From positions 64,001 to 128,000 of the forward strand of contig JANRKS010000032.1 of the NCBI GenBank assembly GCA_033763315.1: 64,000 nucleotides of DNA, read 5' to 3'. This document shows, piece by piece, positions 20,210-30,581 of the stretch. The position numbers and the translations under genes were made by a program. This DNA is from Deltaproteobacteria bacterium. Its GTDB lineage: Bacteria; Myxococcota_A; Polyangia; Fen-1088. The notes under the pieces were generated by a model, which saw only the letters and a program-made list of their open reading frames with translations, had not been told where the DNA came from and did no database searches. How positions within the stretch are numbered: position 1 is the stretch's first letter; each line of letters starts with the position of its first letter.

Positions 20210-21577
20210 TCACAACGCTGGATGCAAAGCCATCCACGCCGCGTAGTTGCCGGTGTATCCCACGCGCCGCTGAAGTTGTGCCACGCGCGCTACGAGCGCG
20301 GCATGGCCGGTGGCGTCGGCCTTCTCCACGTGTTCGTGAACGGCGCTCGCCACCACTTGTGCTTGTGTGCGCGCAGGTGCCGACAAAGCTGCAGACACCT
20401 TCGCCTCGGCGTCGCGTTCGCCGCCCAGTCCCAAGAACGCGCTCACGGCGGTTTCCGACAGGTCGCGTGCGTGTTTGCGTGACGCCGCGATGTTGCCTCG
20501 CCCGGTGACCACATTGCCCACCGAGAACACATTCGGGAAGCCCGGCAATGTGCCCAAATGCTGATCTGAAAAGTCGAACAGTTCACCACGCAACGGAATG
20601 CCTTTGATCGGCTCCGGCACGCTGCCAATGGCACTAACAACAAGTGTGGTGGGCAACGTGAACGTAGATGATGTGGCCACCACTTTATCGCCTTGCGCTT
20701 CGTTGCGCCGAAACAGCATGCCTGCCACGCGTTCATCGGCATCGGCAACGATGGCTTCGGGGGACGCCAGCGGTTCCACTTTGAACAGGAACTTCTCCTG
20801 GGCGTGGTTGAGCAGCTTGAGTCGCGTTTTGTGGGCCTTTTCAATCTGCTCGGCGTCGGCCGGCTCATGCACATCCACAAGCGGCATGTCGTGCGGCTGG
20901 CGGCGGTAGACGATCGTGCAACCGGCAAGCTCAAGCTCCGCCCACGTTAACCGCAGCGAGGCCAGCGTGGCGGGGATGCCTTTGTGTTCAAGCTCCGACA
21001 CAGAGACTGTGTGGCCACGTTCGGCAAGCGCGCGACGGGAGGTTTCCAGCATCAAGATCTTGGCCACATCGATGGCCGCCAAGCCGCCGCCCAACACAAG
21101 CGCTCCATCGGCCAAGGGCAGCGCGGGTGCGTTGGGCTCGTGTGCGTGGTTGAACGCAATAACGAATGGATTCTGATAAACGAGGCCGCGGTTCACAAAC
21201 CGCTGGGCGTCGGGCACCGGCAAAGCTCGATCGCGCCACGCCCCACACGCCAGAACAACGGCCGCGAACCCCCATGCGGTGACCATTTCGGTGAAATCAA
21301 CGTCGCGGCCCACCTTGGTGCACGGCACATAATGCACGTTCGGGTGCCCGAGCCTCTCGTCGATGTGGTGGAACTCCTTGCGGCGCAGGGCTTCATGCCA
21401 ACGCGGCAAACCGTCTTCGATTTTTCCGTATGGGCGCGCGTGCTGATCGAACACGGCCACGTTTACGTTTCGCGCGGCCAAATAAGCCGCCACTTCAGCG
21501 CCCGCAGTGGCGCCGCCAATCACCGCCACCCACGCGCGTGCGACTGGTGCAGCCCCTATCGCGTCACCTTCGTCCAT
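20210..21577 (-). CDS. FAD/NAD(P)-dependent oxidoreductase (ferredoxin-NADP reductase/GltD-like)
   Basis: VAVIGGATAG and second Rossmann motif VLGGGLAAIDV. PYGKIEDGLP. Confidence 0.8.
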   Translation of the reverse strand: MDEGDAIGAAPVARAWVAVIGGATAGAEVAAYLAARNVNVAVFDQHARPYGKIEDGLPRWHEALRRKEFHHIDERLGHPNVHYVPCTKVGRDVDFTEMVTAWGFAAVVLACGAWRDRALPVPDAQRFVNRGLVYQNPFVIAFNHAHEPNAPALPLADGALVLGGGLAAIDVAKILMLETSRRALAERGHTVSVSELEHKGIPATLASLRLTWAELELAGCTIVYRRQPHDMPLVDVHEPADAEQIEKAHKTRLKLLNHAQEKFLFKVEPLASPEAIVADADERVAGMLFRRNEAQGDKVVATSSTFTLPTTLVVSAIGSVPEPIKGIPLRGELFDFSDQHLGTLPGFPNVFSVGNVVTGRGNIAASRKHARDLSETAVSAFLGLGGERDAEAKVSAALSAPARTQAQVVASAVHEHVEKADATGHAALVARVAQLQRRVGYTGNYAAWMALHPAL

Positions 21578-21617
21578 GCCGGCATCTTATCCGATCTGAT
21601 ACGCTGGGCGCACTCGC

Positions 21618-22838
21618 ATGGTATTGGGGCTTTGCCTATTCGCGTTCGCTTACGCACTGATCGTGGGGCCACGCCTGCGCGGGCTGCCTCTGGATCGACC
21701 CGCCGGTGCTTTGGTGGGCGCGATTGTGTTCGTTTTGGCGGGCGTCTTGACGCCGGCGCAGGCTTTCGCCGCCGTAAATCTCGATACGATTGTGTTGTTG
21801 TTTGGCCTGATGGGGGTGGGCGCCATCTTGTCACAGCAAGGGGTGTTGCCGGCTTTCAGCGAATGGGCGCTGCAACGGTTTGCGCGACCCCAAGCGCTGC
21901 TCGGCGCTTTGGTGTGGGGCGCGGGCGGTTTGGCGGCGCTGATCACCAACGACGCTGTTTGCGTGTTGGGCACGCCGCTTGTGGTGGCGTGGATCAAACG
22001 GCGCAATCTGCCCCCGCTGCCGTTCTTGTTGGGCTTGGCCACGGCTGCAAACACAGGCAGCGTGGCCACTTTGGTGGGCAACCCGCAGAACATGCTGTGT
22101 GCGACCTTGGGGGGGCTGAGCTATCGCCAATACTTGTGGCGCATGTTGCCGCTGACGGTGGTGTGCCTGGCGATCAACCACGCGCTTGTGGCGTGGCTTT
22201 ACCGGGTTCCGTTGCAACAAACGCCAAAACCGCCTGAGGCCGCGGTGCCAGCCGAGGGGCGGTCGCACGTCTTGAGCCTCGCCGTGCTTGGAGCGTCGGT
22301 GGTGGCTTACACGGCCGGGGCGCACTTGGCGTTCACAGCGGTGGCGGCATTTACGGCCTTGTTGCTGCTTCACAGGCGGTCACCCACGGCGGTGTGGCCG
22401 GGCATCGATTGGTCCGTGTTGGTGTTCTTCTGCGGGCTGTTCGTGATCGTGCAGGGGCTGGTGCAATCGGGAGGCGCCGCGGCTTTGCTGCGTTGGATGC
22501 CGCTGGCCGCAAACGACGACGGGTTGCCGGCGACGCTCAAGAATGCGTTTGTGTTCTTGGTGGGCTCCAACGTTGTCTCGAATGTTCCCTTTATCTTGGT
22601 GATAGAGCCGCAGATGCACACCCAGGCGAACGGCTCCTTCGCCTGGACCTTGCTGGCCATGGCTTCTACGTTTGCGGGCAACATGACGTTGCTTGGATCG
22701 GTGGCGAACATCATCGTGGCCGAGGGCGGCAAGGAGGTGGGCGGGATGGGCTTTTGGAAGTACCTCAAGGTGGGGTTGCCGTTGGCCGTCACCAGCACGC
22801 TCGTGGGCGCCGTGTGGCTTTGGCTTTGGCGCGCCTGA
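21618..22838 (+). CDS. ArsB/NhaD/SLC13 family anion permease
   Basis: LDRP..AL, TND, ANTGSVATLVGNPQN, SNVP and STFAGN motifs. Polytopic membrane protein. Confidence 0.9.
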   Translation: MVLGLCLFAFAYALIVGPRLRGLPLDRPAGALVGAIVFVLAGVLTPAQAFAAVNLDTIVLLFGLMGVGAILSQQGVLPAFSEWALQRFARPQALLGALVWGAGGLAALITNDAVCVLGTPLVVAWIKRRNLPPLPFLLGLATAANTGSVATLVGNPQNMLCATLGGLSYRQYLWRMLPLTVVCLAINHALVAWLYRVPLQQTPKPPEAAVPAEGRSHVLSLAVLGASVVAYTAGAHLAFTAVAAFTALLLLHRRSPTAVWPGIDWSVLVFFCGLFVIVQGLVQSGGAAALLRWMPLAANDDGLPATLKNAFVFLVGSNVVSNVPFILVIEPQMHTQANGSFAWTLLAMASTFAGNMTLLGSVANIIVAEGGKEVGGMGFWKYLKVGLPLAVTSTLVGAVWLWLWRA

Positions 22839-22875
22839 GGTGGCGTGCGCCGCTGTGGGTTCGTAGAGTTCAAGC

Positions 22876-23625
22876 ATGCGTACGTCAAACCCAGCTTTGA
22901 GCTCGAAAACCTTTGGTGGATTTGTGGGCTCGCGCCCGAGCGGCGCCACGATGACGATCTCAGGGGCCACAAACAAAACTGGCGTGCTGCTGGCTTTGGC
23001 GATCATCACGGCCGTGATCCCTTGGCGCATCTTCTTTAAAACCGAAAATCCCGCGCTGCTCATGCCGTACCTCATCGGCGGCGGTGTGGGTGGCTTTGTG
23101 ATGGCGCTTGTGACCATATTCAAGAAAGAGTGGTCGCCTGTCACAGCGCCTGCTTACGCGCTTGCGGAAGGTTTATTGCTGGGCGCCGTGTCTGCCTTGT
23201 TCGAGTTGCGGTACCCAGGGCTTGTGCTGCAGGCGGTGGGCCTGACGTTTGGCACGCTGGGCGCCCTGTTGGTGGCGTACAAAACCGGCGTCATCAAAGC
23301 CACCGAGAACTTTAAGCTGGGCGTCGTGGCCGCCACGGGCGCCATCGGGTTGTTTTATTTGGTGGGCTTCGTGCTGCGGTTCTTCGGCATCAACATGCCC
23401 CTCATTCATTCGTCGGGCACGTTCGGCATTCTGTTCAGCTTGGGCGTGGTGGTGGTGGCCGCGCTAAACCTTGTGCTCGATTTTGATTTTATCGAAGAAG
23501 GCGCCCAGCGCGGCGCACCCAAGTACATGGAGTGGTACGCGGCGTTCGGCCTGATGGTGACGCTGGTGTGGCTGTACCTGGAGGTCCTGCGCTTGTTATC
23601 GAAGCTGCAAGATCGTCGACGTTAG
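22876..23625 (+). CDS. Bax inhibitor-1/YccA family membrane protein
   Basis: MRTSNP...LDFDFIEEG...PKYMEWYAAFGLMVTLVWLYLEVLRLL. Confidence 0.93.
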   Translation: MRTSNPALSSKTFGGFVGSRPSGATMTISGATNKTGVLLALAIITAVIPWRIFFKTENPALLMPYLIGGGVGGFVMALVTIFKKEWSPVTAPAYALAEGLLLGAVSALFELRYPGLVLQAVGLTFGTLGALLVAYKTGVIKATENFKLGVVAATGAIGLFYLVGFVLRFFGINMPLIHSSGTFGILFSLGVVVVAALNLVLDFDFIEEGAQRGAPKYMEWYAAFGLMVTLVWLYLEVLRLLSKLQDRRR

Positions 23626-23629
23626 TCGG

Positions 23630-23663
23630 CGTTTTGACTTCGCTCGGGGGAACGGTCAAAACG
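23630..23663 (+). terminator. Stem-loop immediately after the YccA-like gene
   Basis: CGTTTTGAC (23630-23638) pairs with GTCAAAACG (23655-23663). No U-tract. Confidence 0.45.
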
Positions 23664-23838
23664 GATTGAGGCGCTGGCATGCCACGGCATGCGTCGTGTC
23701 AGGAGCCCCCACCTATTCGCTGAGGAGCCTCAGCTGTAAGCGACCCATTGTAGGGCGGCGTGGGGCAGTATGGGGCCTGGGCTCGGGGCTGCGGCTACGG
23801 TTTTAAAGATGCGCCTGGTTTCTGTCGATTTATCCCCG

Positions 23839-26800
23839 ATGACGAATTCCTTAGCTTCGCTTCGTGGCTTTACCATCGGCCTGGCTTTGTTTGCCCTTGC
23901 GGGTTGCATCGAGCGGCCCCTGATCGAAATCGCCGCGCCGGGCACCGGACCCAATCTGGACGCCGCCCAACCGGGGGCCGAGGACGCGGACGACTTCACG
24001 TTCGACCCAACCAAAGACATGATCGACGCGGCACCCAAAGACGTGCTGTCGTGCGCTTTGGGCGCGTGCCAAGACGCAGGCCCCGTGTGCGGAAACAGCG
24101 TGATGGATGACGGTGAAACGTGCGACGACGGCAACGCAAGACCAGGCGATGGTTGTTCGGGTTTGTGCCGCGTGGAACTCAACTACAAATGTGATGTGGT
24201 TGGGCAACCGTGCGTATCTACGATCGTCTGCGGTGACGGCAAGGTGATGGGCGGCGAAGCGTGCGACGACAACAACGTTGTCTCAAAGGATGGCTGTTCA
24301 GAGCTTTGCGAAGTTGAAAGTGGCTACGCGTGCTCCGTGCCGGGCCAGCCTTGCGTGCCTGCCAAACAAGGACGCTGCGGTGATGGCATGGTCAACGAAG
24401 GCGAGGGCTGCGACGACGGCAACGCGGTGTCGTTCGATGGTTGCTCGGGCACCTGTTCGCGCGAATCTGGCTATACGTGCGCGCAACCCAACCAACCATG
24501 CGTGCGCGACGAATATTGTGGTGACGGCGCGCTGGCGGCGGGCGAAGAATGTGATGATAAGAACCTTCTGCCCGGCGATGGCTGCACAGGTACCTGCAAG
24601 GTAGAGCCGTTCTTTATGTGTGCGATGCCAGGCAAGCCCTGCAGCAGCACGATCATTTGTGGTGACGCCAAAGTGGTGGCCGATGAAGCTTGCGACGACG
24701 GCAACACGATGGCGAGCGACGGATGCAGCGCCGACTGCAAGCAGATCGAGCCTGGCTTTACATGCCCGCGCGCTTTGGGTGTGGGCGGCCCATGCACCGC
24801 CGTTCCGATGAACCGGTGTGGCGATAGCCGCCTGAGTTATGGCGAGTTCTGCGACGATGGCAACACCGACAATATGGATGGCTGTTCAAGCGCGTGCCGC
24901 GTTGAGGCGGGTTACACATGTGACGCGCCCGGCACCGCTTGTGCCTTGGTTGAATGGTGTGGCAATGGCAAGTTGAGTTTGGCCAACGGCGAACAATGCG
25001 ACGACGGCAACGATGTGGGCGGCGATGGCTGCAGTTCGCAGTGCGTGATCGAGGCGAACTATGTATGCCCCGCGCCAGGCAAGCTGTGCACGTCCACGAT
25101 TAAGTGCGGCGACGGGATCATCAACGGCACCGAGACGTGCGATGACGGCAACACCAAGAACAGCGATGGTTGTTCATCCACATGCATGGTTGAATCAGGT
25201 TGGGTTTGCACCGCGGGCAGCGTGTGCAAGGCCAAACAGTGTGGCGACGGAATCATCGCGGGCGATGAACGGTGCGATGACAAAAATAGCGCCCCGGCAG
25301 ATGGTTGCAGCGCCACATGCCAACTTGAATTGCCCACCGCCACAGAGGCCAACGGCTGGGTGTGCCCCGTGGTGGGGATGCCATGCCAGCGCACAAACTG
25401 TGGCAACGGGATTCAAGAGGGCAGTGAACAATGCGACGACGGGAACAACGATTCAGGCGATTTGTGCTCGCCGTTTTGCCGCAAGGAGCCTGTGTGTCCC
25501 GCTGCGGGTGGCGCATGTTCGACCGCGTGCGGTGATGGCCTGTTGTTGCCCATCGACATCGCCAACGGGCAGGAATGCGATGACGGCAACACGGTGGCGG
25601 GTGATGGTTGCAGCGCCACGTGCAAAGTGGAGCAGGGGTATATGTGCAGCGGTGTCGCGGTGTCCCCCGATCCGCTGATCTTGCCACTCGTGCTGCGAGA
25701 CTTTAAGGCCTACAACGAAACCAATGGGCATCCCGACTTCGAGCAATACAATGGCCAGGAGACGGGAATCGTAAAGTCGCTGCTGGGTGCCAATGGCAAG
25801 CCAGTGCATGTGGATGGCCGCAAGGATCGAACCACCAACAATGATCCAGGTTCGATGGGTTTTGACTACTTTGGCCTGTGGTACAAGGACGACGCTTCCT
25901 ACAACAAGACGGTTAAGACCACGATGCCGTTTACAAAGCTGATGACAGGTGAATATCAATACAACAATTCAAGCTTTTTTCCGTTGGATGGGCTGGGTTG
26001 GGGCAACCACCCATACAACAACTATGTTCACAACTTTCACTTCACATCAGAGGTGCGGTACTGGTTTGAGTACAAAGGCAACGAACAACTGGACTTTACC
26101 GGCGATGACGATGTTTGGGTGTTCGTGAACAAGACGTTGGCTGTCGATTTGGGTGGCGTTCATGGCGCCAGGTCTGCCAGCTTGAAGTTGGGTGCCTCAG
26201 ACGGCAAAGCGTTGGTGTGCGACCTGTTGAACGATTGCAACAACAAGCGAACGGTTGATCTGGGGCTTGTGATCGGCAGCGTGTATGAAATCGTGGTGTT
26301 CCAAGCGGAACGCCACACCACGCAATCAAACTATAGGCTCACGCTTTCGAACTTTAACGCCAACAAGAGCCAGTGCGTGCCCAAGTGCGGTGATGGCTTC
26401 GTGACCCGAGATGAGGCGTGCGATTTGGGGACAGCGAAGAACACAGGGGCTTATGGCACCTGCAACGCCAACTGCACCTTGCCAGCCCGTTGTGGCGACG
26501 CCGTCGTTTCTAACGGTGAAGAGTGCGACGATGGCGTCAATTCAGCGCAATACTCAACGTCCACGAAGCTGTGCGCGGCCGGGTGCAAATGGGCGCCTCG
26601 GTGTGGCGATGGCAAAGTGGACAGCGCCAACGGCGAAGCTTGTGATCAAGGCATCGACAACGGCAAGGGCTATGGCTATTGCTCCGCGACCTGCCAGCTT
26701 GGCCCACGCTGCGGCGACGCGAAAACCACCGACGGTGAGCAGTGTGACGACGGGGCCGCAAAGAATGGGACGTCCGCCAGCTTGTGCATGGACACGTGCA

Positions 26801-27642
26801 AGCTGAAGTGCGGCAACGCCTTGCCAGATCCAGGCGAGGAATGCGATGACGGCGCGGCCAACAACACGGGCGCGTACGGCAAGTGCAAAGCAGACTGTCA
26901 CCTCGGCCCACGTTGTGGTGACGGCATTCCCAACGGCGGCGAACAATGCGACGACGGCAAAAACGATGGCACCTATGGCACGTGCGGCACGGGCTGTTTG
27001 TATGGCCCACGCTGCGGTGACATGGTGGTGCAGAGCACCGCTGGTGAAGTGTGCGACGCCGGCGCAAACAACATGTCAATGCCTTACGGCAAGAACCAAT
27101 GCACCTTGCGTTGCCGCCCCGCCCCCTACTGCGGGGACAAGACGGTGGACGTAGACAACGGTGAAAAGTGCGACGATGGCATCAACAGCGGCCAGCCAGG
27201 CTCGTGTTTGGCTGACTGCTCTGGTGCTGTGCCGCTGGCATCCTGTGGCGACGGCGCCGTGCAACCGCCTGAGCAATGTGATTCCGGCATCAACAACGGC
27301 ACGGCCGGCAGTTCATGCGACACGCGTTGCCGCAACAAGTGTGGCAACGGCTTTAAAGATCCAGGTGAACAATGCGATGATGGCAAGAACACCGGTGCCT
27401 ACGCCACTTGCAACGCCAATTGCACGCTTGCCAGCTACTGTGGCGATGGCCAACGCACGGATCCCGAAGACTGTGATTTGGGCGCAAACAATTCAAGCTC
27501 CGCCTATGGCGTGGGCAAGTGCACCACCGCCTGCACAGCCGCACCGTTCTGTGGCGACGGCCGCATTCAAACGGCGTATGGTGAAGCGTGCGATGGTGGC
27601 GTGGGCTGCAGCGCCATCTGCACGATCGTTCCCGTGTTGTAG
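23839..27642 (+). CDS. Large Cys-rich (DUF4215/myxococcal disulfide repeat) lipoprotein with central fibro-slime (PA14-like) domain
   Basis: Lipobox LAGC. About 11 CG[DN]..E.CDD.N....DGCS..C repeats, then HPDFE...NFHFTSE...FTGDDDVWVF...FQAERH, then about 12 variant repeats. Confidence 0.92.
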   Translation: MTNSLASLRGFTIGLALFALAGCIERPLIEIAAPGTGPNLDAAQPGAEDADDFTFDPTKDMIDAAPKDVLSCALGACQDAGPVCGNSVMDDGETCDDGNARPGDGCSGLCRVELNYKCDVVGQPCVSTIVCGDGKVMGGEACDDNNVVSKDGCSELCEVESGYACSVPGQPCVPAKQGRCGDGMVNEGEGCDDGNAVSFDGCSGTCSRESGYTCAQPNQPCVRDEYCGDGALAAGEECDDKNLLPGDGCTGTCKVEPFFMCAMPGKPCSSTIICGDAKVVADEACDDGNTMASDGCSADCKQIEPGFTCPRALGVGGPCTAVPMNRCGDSRLSYGEFCDDGNTDNMDGCSSACRVEAGYTCDAPGTACALVEWCGNGKLSLANGEQCDDGNDVGGDGCSSQCVIEANYVCPAPGKLCTSTIKCGDGIINGTETCDDGNTKNSDGCSSTCMVESGWVCTAGSVCKAKQCGDGIIAGDERCDDKNSAPADGCSATCQLELPTATEANGWVCPVVGMPCQRTNCGNGIQEGSEQCDDGNNDSGDLCSPFCRKEPVCPAAGGACSTACGDGLLLPIDIANGQECDDGNTVAGDGCSATCKVEQGYMCSGVAVSPDPLILPLVLRDFKAYNETNGHPDFEQYNGQETGIVKSLLGANGKPVHVDGRKDRTTNNDPGSMGFDYFGLWYKDDASYNKTVKTTMPFTKLMTGEYQYNNSSFFPLDGLGWGNHPYNNYVHNFHFTSEVRYWFEYKGNEQLDFTGDDDVWVFVNKTLAVDLGGVHGARSASLKLGASDGKALVCDLLNDCNNKRTVDLGLVIGSVYEIVVFQAERHTTQSNYRLTLSNFNANKSQCVPKCGDGFVTRDEACDLGTAKNTGAYGTCNANCTLPARCGDAVVSNGEECDDGVNSAQYSTSTKLCAAGCKWAPRCGDGKVDSANGEACDQGIDNGKGYGYCSATCQLGPRCGDAKTTDGEQCDDGAAKNGTSASLCMDTCKLKCGNALPDPGEECDDGAANNTGAYGKCKADCHLGPRCGDGIPNGGEQCDDGKNDGTYGTCGTGCLYGPRCGDMVVQSTAGEVCDAGANNMSMPYGKNQCTLRCRPAPYCGDKTVDVDNGEKCDDGINSGQPGSCLADCSGAVPLASCGDGAVQPPEQCDSGINNGTAGSSCDTRCRNKCGNGFKDPGEQCDDGKNTGAYATCNANCTLASYCGDGQRTDPEDCDLGANNSSSAYGVGKCTTACTAAPFCGDGRIQTAYGEACDGGVGCSAICTIVPVL

Positions 27643-27712
27643 GCGCTGCGAAGGGCCAGCCCGGGCTTATGGCTTGGGGCTGGCGTCTTCGACGGGCGCG
27701 TCGTTCTAAAGC

Positions 27713-28318
27713 TTACTCTACCGGCGCGTTGGCAACGCCGCTTGGTGCCTTGGGCGTACCCGCAACAACGCCAAGTGGCTTGCCTTGGTCGTCGACCAAA
27801 ACGCCGTCTTGCACATCGAGGCGTGCCTTGTCGCTGGCAAACCGGAACTCAACGCGGCGGTTGACGGCCCAGACACGTGCCGAGCTGCCTGTTTGCAAAG
27901 GCTCGCCCTTGCCGCGGCTTTCCACCTGCAGGCGTTGGCTGTCGATGCCCAATGCCGCCAGTTGAGCCACAACGGCTTCGGCGCGGCGACGTGCGAGATC
28001 TTGGTTGTATTCTTCGGAACCACGCTCGTCCGTGTGACCCACCACGGTGATATTGAGATCGCTATAGGTCTTGAGCTTCTCGGCCGCTTCTTTCAAAGCG
28101 GTTTGCGCTGACGGCAGCAACTTGGCCGAGTTCAAAGCAAAGTGCACGCGTCGCAAAGTGACCTGGATCTGCGCGATCTCGGCAGCGCTCGCCTGTGGCT
28201 TGGGGGCTTCTCGCACAACCACGGGCGCGGCGGCGACCGTTTGGGGCGCAGGCTTGGGTGTGCTGCTGCAAGCGGCGGCGGCGAAAGTCGCGATACCTAC
28301 GAACGTGAGCGTCTTCAT
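27713..28318 (-). CDS. OmpA/Pal-like peptidoglycan-binding lipoprotein
   Basis: AAAC lipobox, GHTDERGSEEYNQDLARRRAEAV and NRRVEF. Confidence 0.92.
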   Translation of the reverse strand: MKTLTFVGIATFAAAACSSTPKPAPQTVAAAPVVVREAPKPQASAAEIAQIQVTLRRVHFALNSAKLLPSAQTALKEAAEKLKTYSDLNITVVGHTDERGSEEYNQDLARRRAEAVVAQLAALGIDSQRLQVESRGKGEPLQTGSSARVWAVNRRVEFRFASDKARLDVQDGVLVDDQGKPLGVVAGTPKAPSGVANAPVE

Positions 28319-28447
28319 TTTTAAGGGTCCTCCAGGGAAAGGGATAAGGTCGGACGCGAATTAGCATACGCAGCGGGGGTCGCCAGCGCGCCCGTGCGCA
28401 AAAGGTGACGTGACCCACCAGCCTCTGTGTTGGTCATGCCTTGCCGC

Positions 28448-29056
28448 CTAAAAGTCGTCGTCGCGGAACCAGCCAGTCGCGCTCCATCGCGGTGCGTGCG
28501 TGGTCAACACTTCGTGAGGAACCGCATCGCTCCAGAACAACACCGTGCGCCCCCATGTGGGCTCCACATCAAGCAACACCCGGGACGGCGAGGCCGGGTC
28601 GAAGAGGCGCAGCTGGCCTCCCCACGACGGATCCCACGTGGGGTTGAGGTAGATCACGCACGAGATCAAGCGGTGGCTGTGGTTGGTGAACTGGTCGACG
28701 TGCTTTTGATAGTGGGCGCCTGGTGAGTACACGGTGAGGTGACCTTCAAATCGGCGCAGGCTTATGAAGAAGGCTCGGTTGAGCGCCACGCGGAGTTCAT
28801 CGAGGCGTGCCAACAAACCCGCTTGCGCCTCCGTCAACGCTTGCGGATCCATCCACAAGAGCTGGTCGGATCGAACGTCAGGCGCGACCGTGAACTGCCC
28901 GCCACGGCCAACGCCGGCGGGACGAAAGTGTGCGGCGGCCGCGTGGCGAATGTCTTCACACAACCCCTGCAACACGCCCTCGGGCACCAACTGATCCACC
29001 ACCGCAAACGCGCGCGTGCGCAGCGAATCGATCACGGCCGTGAGGGCATCTTCCAT
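28448..29056 (-). CDS. 2OG-Fe(II) oxygenase (prolyl-hydroxylase-like)
   Basis: YQKHVD, YLN..W...GG.L, HEV and R.SATGW motifs. Confidence 0.92.
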   Translation of the reverse strand: MEDALTAVIDSLRTRAFAVVDQLVPEGVLQGLCEDIRHAAAAHFRPAGVGRGGQFTVAPDVRSDQLLWMDPQALTEAQAGLLARLDELRVALNRAFFISLRRFEGHLTVYSPGAHYQKHVDQFTNHSHRLISCVIYLNPTWDPSWGGQLRLFDPASPSRVLLDVEPTWGRTVLFWSDAVPHEVLTTHAPRWSATGWFRDDDF

Positions 29057-29151
29057 GCGTCCCGACCAGCCTAACCGACCAGACCGGCACCCGGCCTCAA
29101 TCAAAAAGTTTGCGTCGAAACAAGTTCCGACATTATCCTACATAGGCTCAC

Positions 29152-29619
29152 ATGGTTCCCGCGAAGATCAAACTGCCCCACTCCCCCCCCGAAGACGCCT
29201 CTCCGCTTCGTATGCGCCCGATGGCGCGCGCCGCCCAAATCGCGATTTTTGAACGCGAGGTTCGAGAACGGTTATCCAGGGCCGCCATCGAAGTGTTCCT
29301 GGCGCGGGCCGAGGTGATCTCGGAGGGGCAGCGTCTGACCCGGGGTGCAAAGCAGCTGTTTGAGGGCTCAACGATGCTTACGTTGGATCTAAGCCGCAGC
29401 GCCGGGCTGTTTCGCGAAGCCAGCGATTCCGGCACCGCCCGCCGCTTGGGCGCCATGCTCGCGCGTGACACTTGGGCGCGCAACCGTGTCCGCCAAATCG
29501 CTACCAAAGAGGCCGAGCGCCTTTCGCACACCAAAGTTCACGAGGTCAGCACAGAGATGCGGGTGAGCACAAAAGGCGTGAAAGTTTTGATTGATGTCGA
29601 TGTGGAGGCCAAGCTGTGA
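29152..29619 (+). CDS. Hypothetical protein
   Basis: 155-aa ORF filling the gap. Stop overlaps the next start (GTGA). Confidence 0.65.
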   Translation: MVPAKIKLPHSPPEDASPLRMRPMARAAQIAIFEREVRERLSRAAIEVFLARAEVISEGQRLTRGAKQLFEGSTMLTLDLSRSAGLFREASDSGTARRLGAMLARDTWARNRVRQIATKEAERLSHTKVHEVSTEMRVSTKGVKVLIDVDVEAKL

Positions 29620-30581
29620 TGGTCGTGGCTTCGTCAAAAGACACCACCATGCCGTTTTCGGATCCGAGCGTCAGCGAGGGATTTACCTTCGTTGCCGTCG
29701 CGTCCATCACGGGCATTCCTGAAAGCAAGTTGCGCTATTGGGCGCAAACGGGCTTCGTGGGGCCATCGATTCGTCGGGGCACGCGGCAGCTTTACAGTTT
29801 TCGTGATCTCGTGTGTGTGAAAGCGGCGGGTGAGCTTGTGGATCGTGGCTTCAAAACAACGCAAATCCGCGAAGCCTTGACCGTGGCACAAACGTCGCTG
29901 CCGAGCATTGATGGATCGCGTGAAGCCCTGCTGCGTTTGCGGGTGGCCTTCAACGGCGTGTCGCTGGTTGTTTTGGATGAAGGCGCCGCCTATGAAGTGA
30001 CGGGGCAACGCGTGTTCGATTTTGGTTTGGCGGAATTGGCCGATCAAGCTTCGGCCGCGATGGACGCCACGCCCTTGGCCGTTAAATCGCCGAAGGTGGA
30101 AAGCGGTCGGTTATGCGCCTACGATTGGTTCGTTGAAGGGCTTTCGCTTGAAGGCCAAAGTGGGCGCGAAGATGAAGCGATCGCGTGCTACCGCCAGGCG
30201 TTGGCGGCCGATCCTGGCTTGGCTGCCGCACACACAAACTTGGGCGGCTTGGCTTATCGACGCGGCGATCGCGAAGCGGCGCGTGCGGCGTTCGAGAAGT
30301 CGCTGGCTTTGGATCCAGAACAATCTGAAGCGCGCTTTAACCTTGGCAACCTGATGTTGGAAGACGGCGATATGGATCTGGCCGCGGCCGAGTACCGGCG
30401 CGTGTTGACGACGAACCCCCATTTCGCCGACGCTCACTACAACCTGGCCACGGCGCTAGAAGCTTTGGGCAGCAAGGCGCAAGCGCGCCAACATCTGAGC
30501 GAGTACTTGCGTTTGTGCCAACCCAAGGGCGATGATCCTTGGGTTTTGGAAGCGCGCGAACGTTTGGAAAAGCTACGATGA
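29616..30581 (+). CDS. MerR-type HTH and TPR-repeat protein
   Basis: LRYWAQTGFVGPS...YSFRDL HTH, followed by about four TPR repeats (AHTNLG, ARFNLG, AHYNLA). Confidence 0.88.
   Translation: MMVVASSKDTTMPFSDPSVSEGFTFVAVASITGIPESKLRYWAQTGFVGPSIRRGTRQLYSFRDLVCVKAAGELVDRGFKTTQIREALTVAQTSLPSIDGSREALLRLRVAFNGVSLVVLDEGAAYEVTGQRVFDFGLAELADQASAAMDATPLAVKSPKVESGRLCAYDWFVEGLSLEGQSGREDEAIACYRQALAADPGLAAAHTNLGGLAYRRGDREAARAAFEKSLALDPEQSEARFNLGNLMLEDGDMDLAAAEYRRVLTTNPHFADAHYNLATALEALGSKAQARQHLSEYLRLCQPKGDDPWVLEARERLEKLR

Noticed and set aside
20984-22237. 417-aa plus-strand ORF
   Set aside because: It overlaps two well-supported genes (antisense to one, out of frame with the other) and has Arg/Gly-rich non-protein-like composition.
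23839-28318. TraA/TraB kin-recognition locus (Cys-rich PA14-like protein next to an OmpA protein)
   Set aside because: The genes are convergent rather than operonic. The OmpA protein is a small Pal-like lipoprotein without a beta-barrel or TSP3 repeats, and the large protein lacks a MYXO-CTERM tail.
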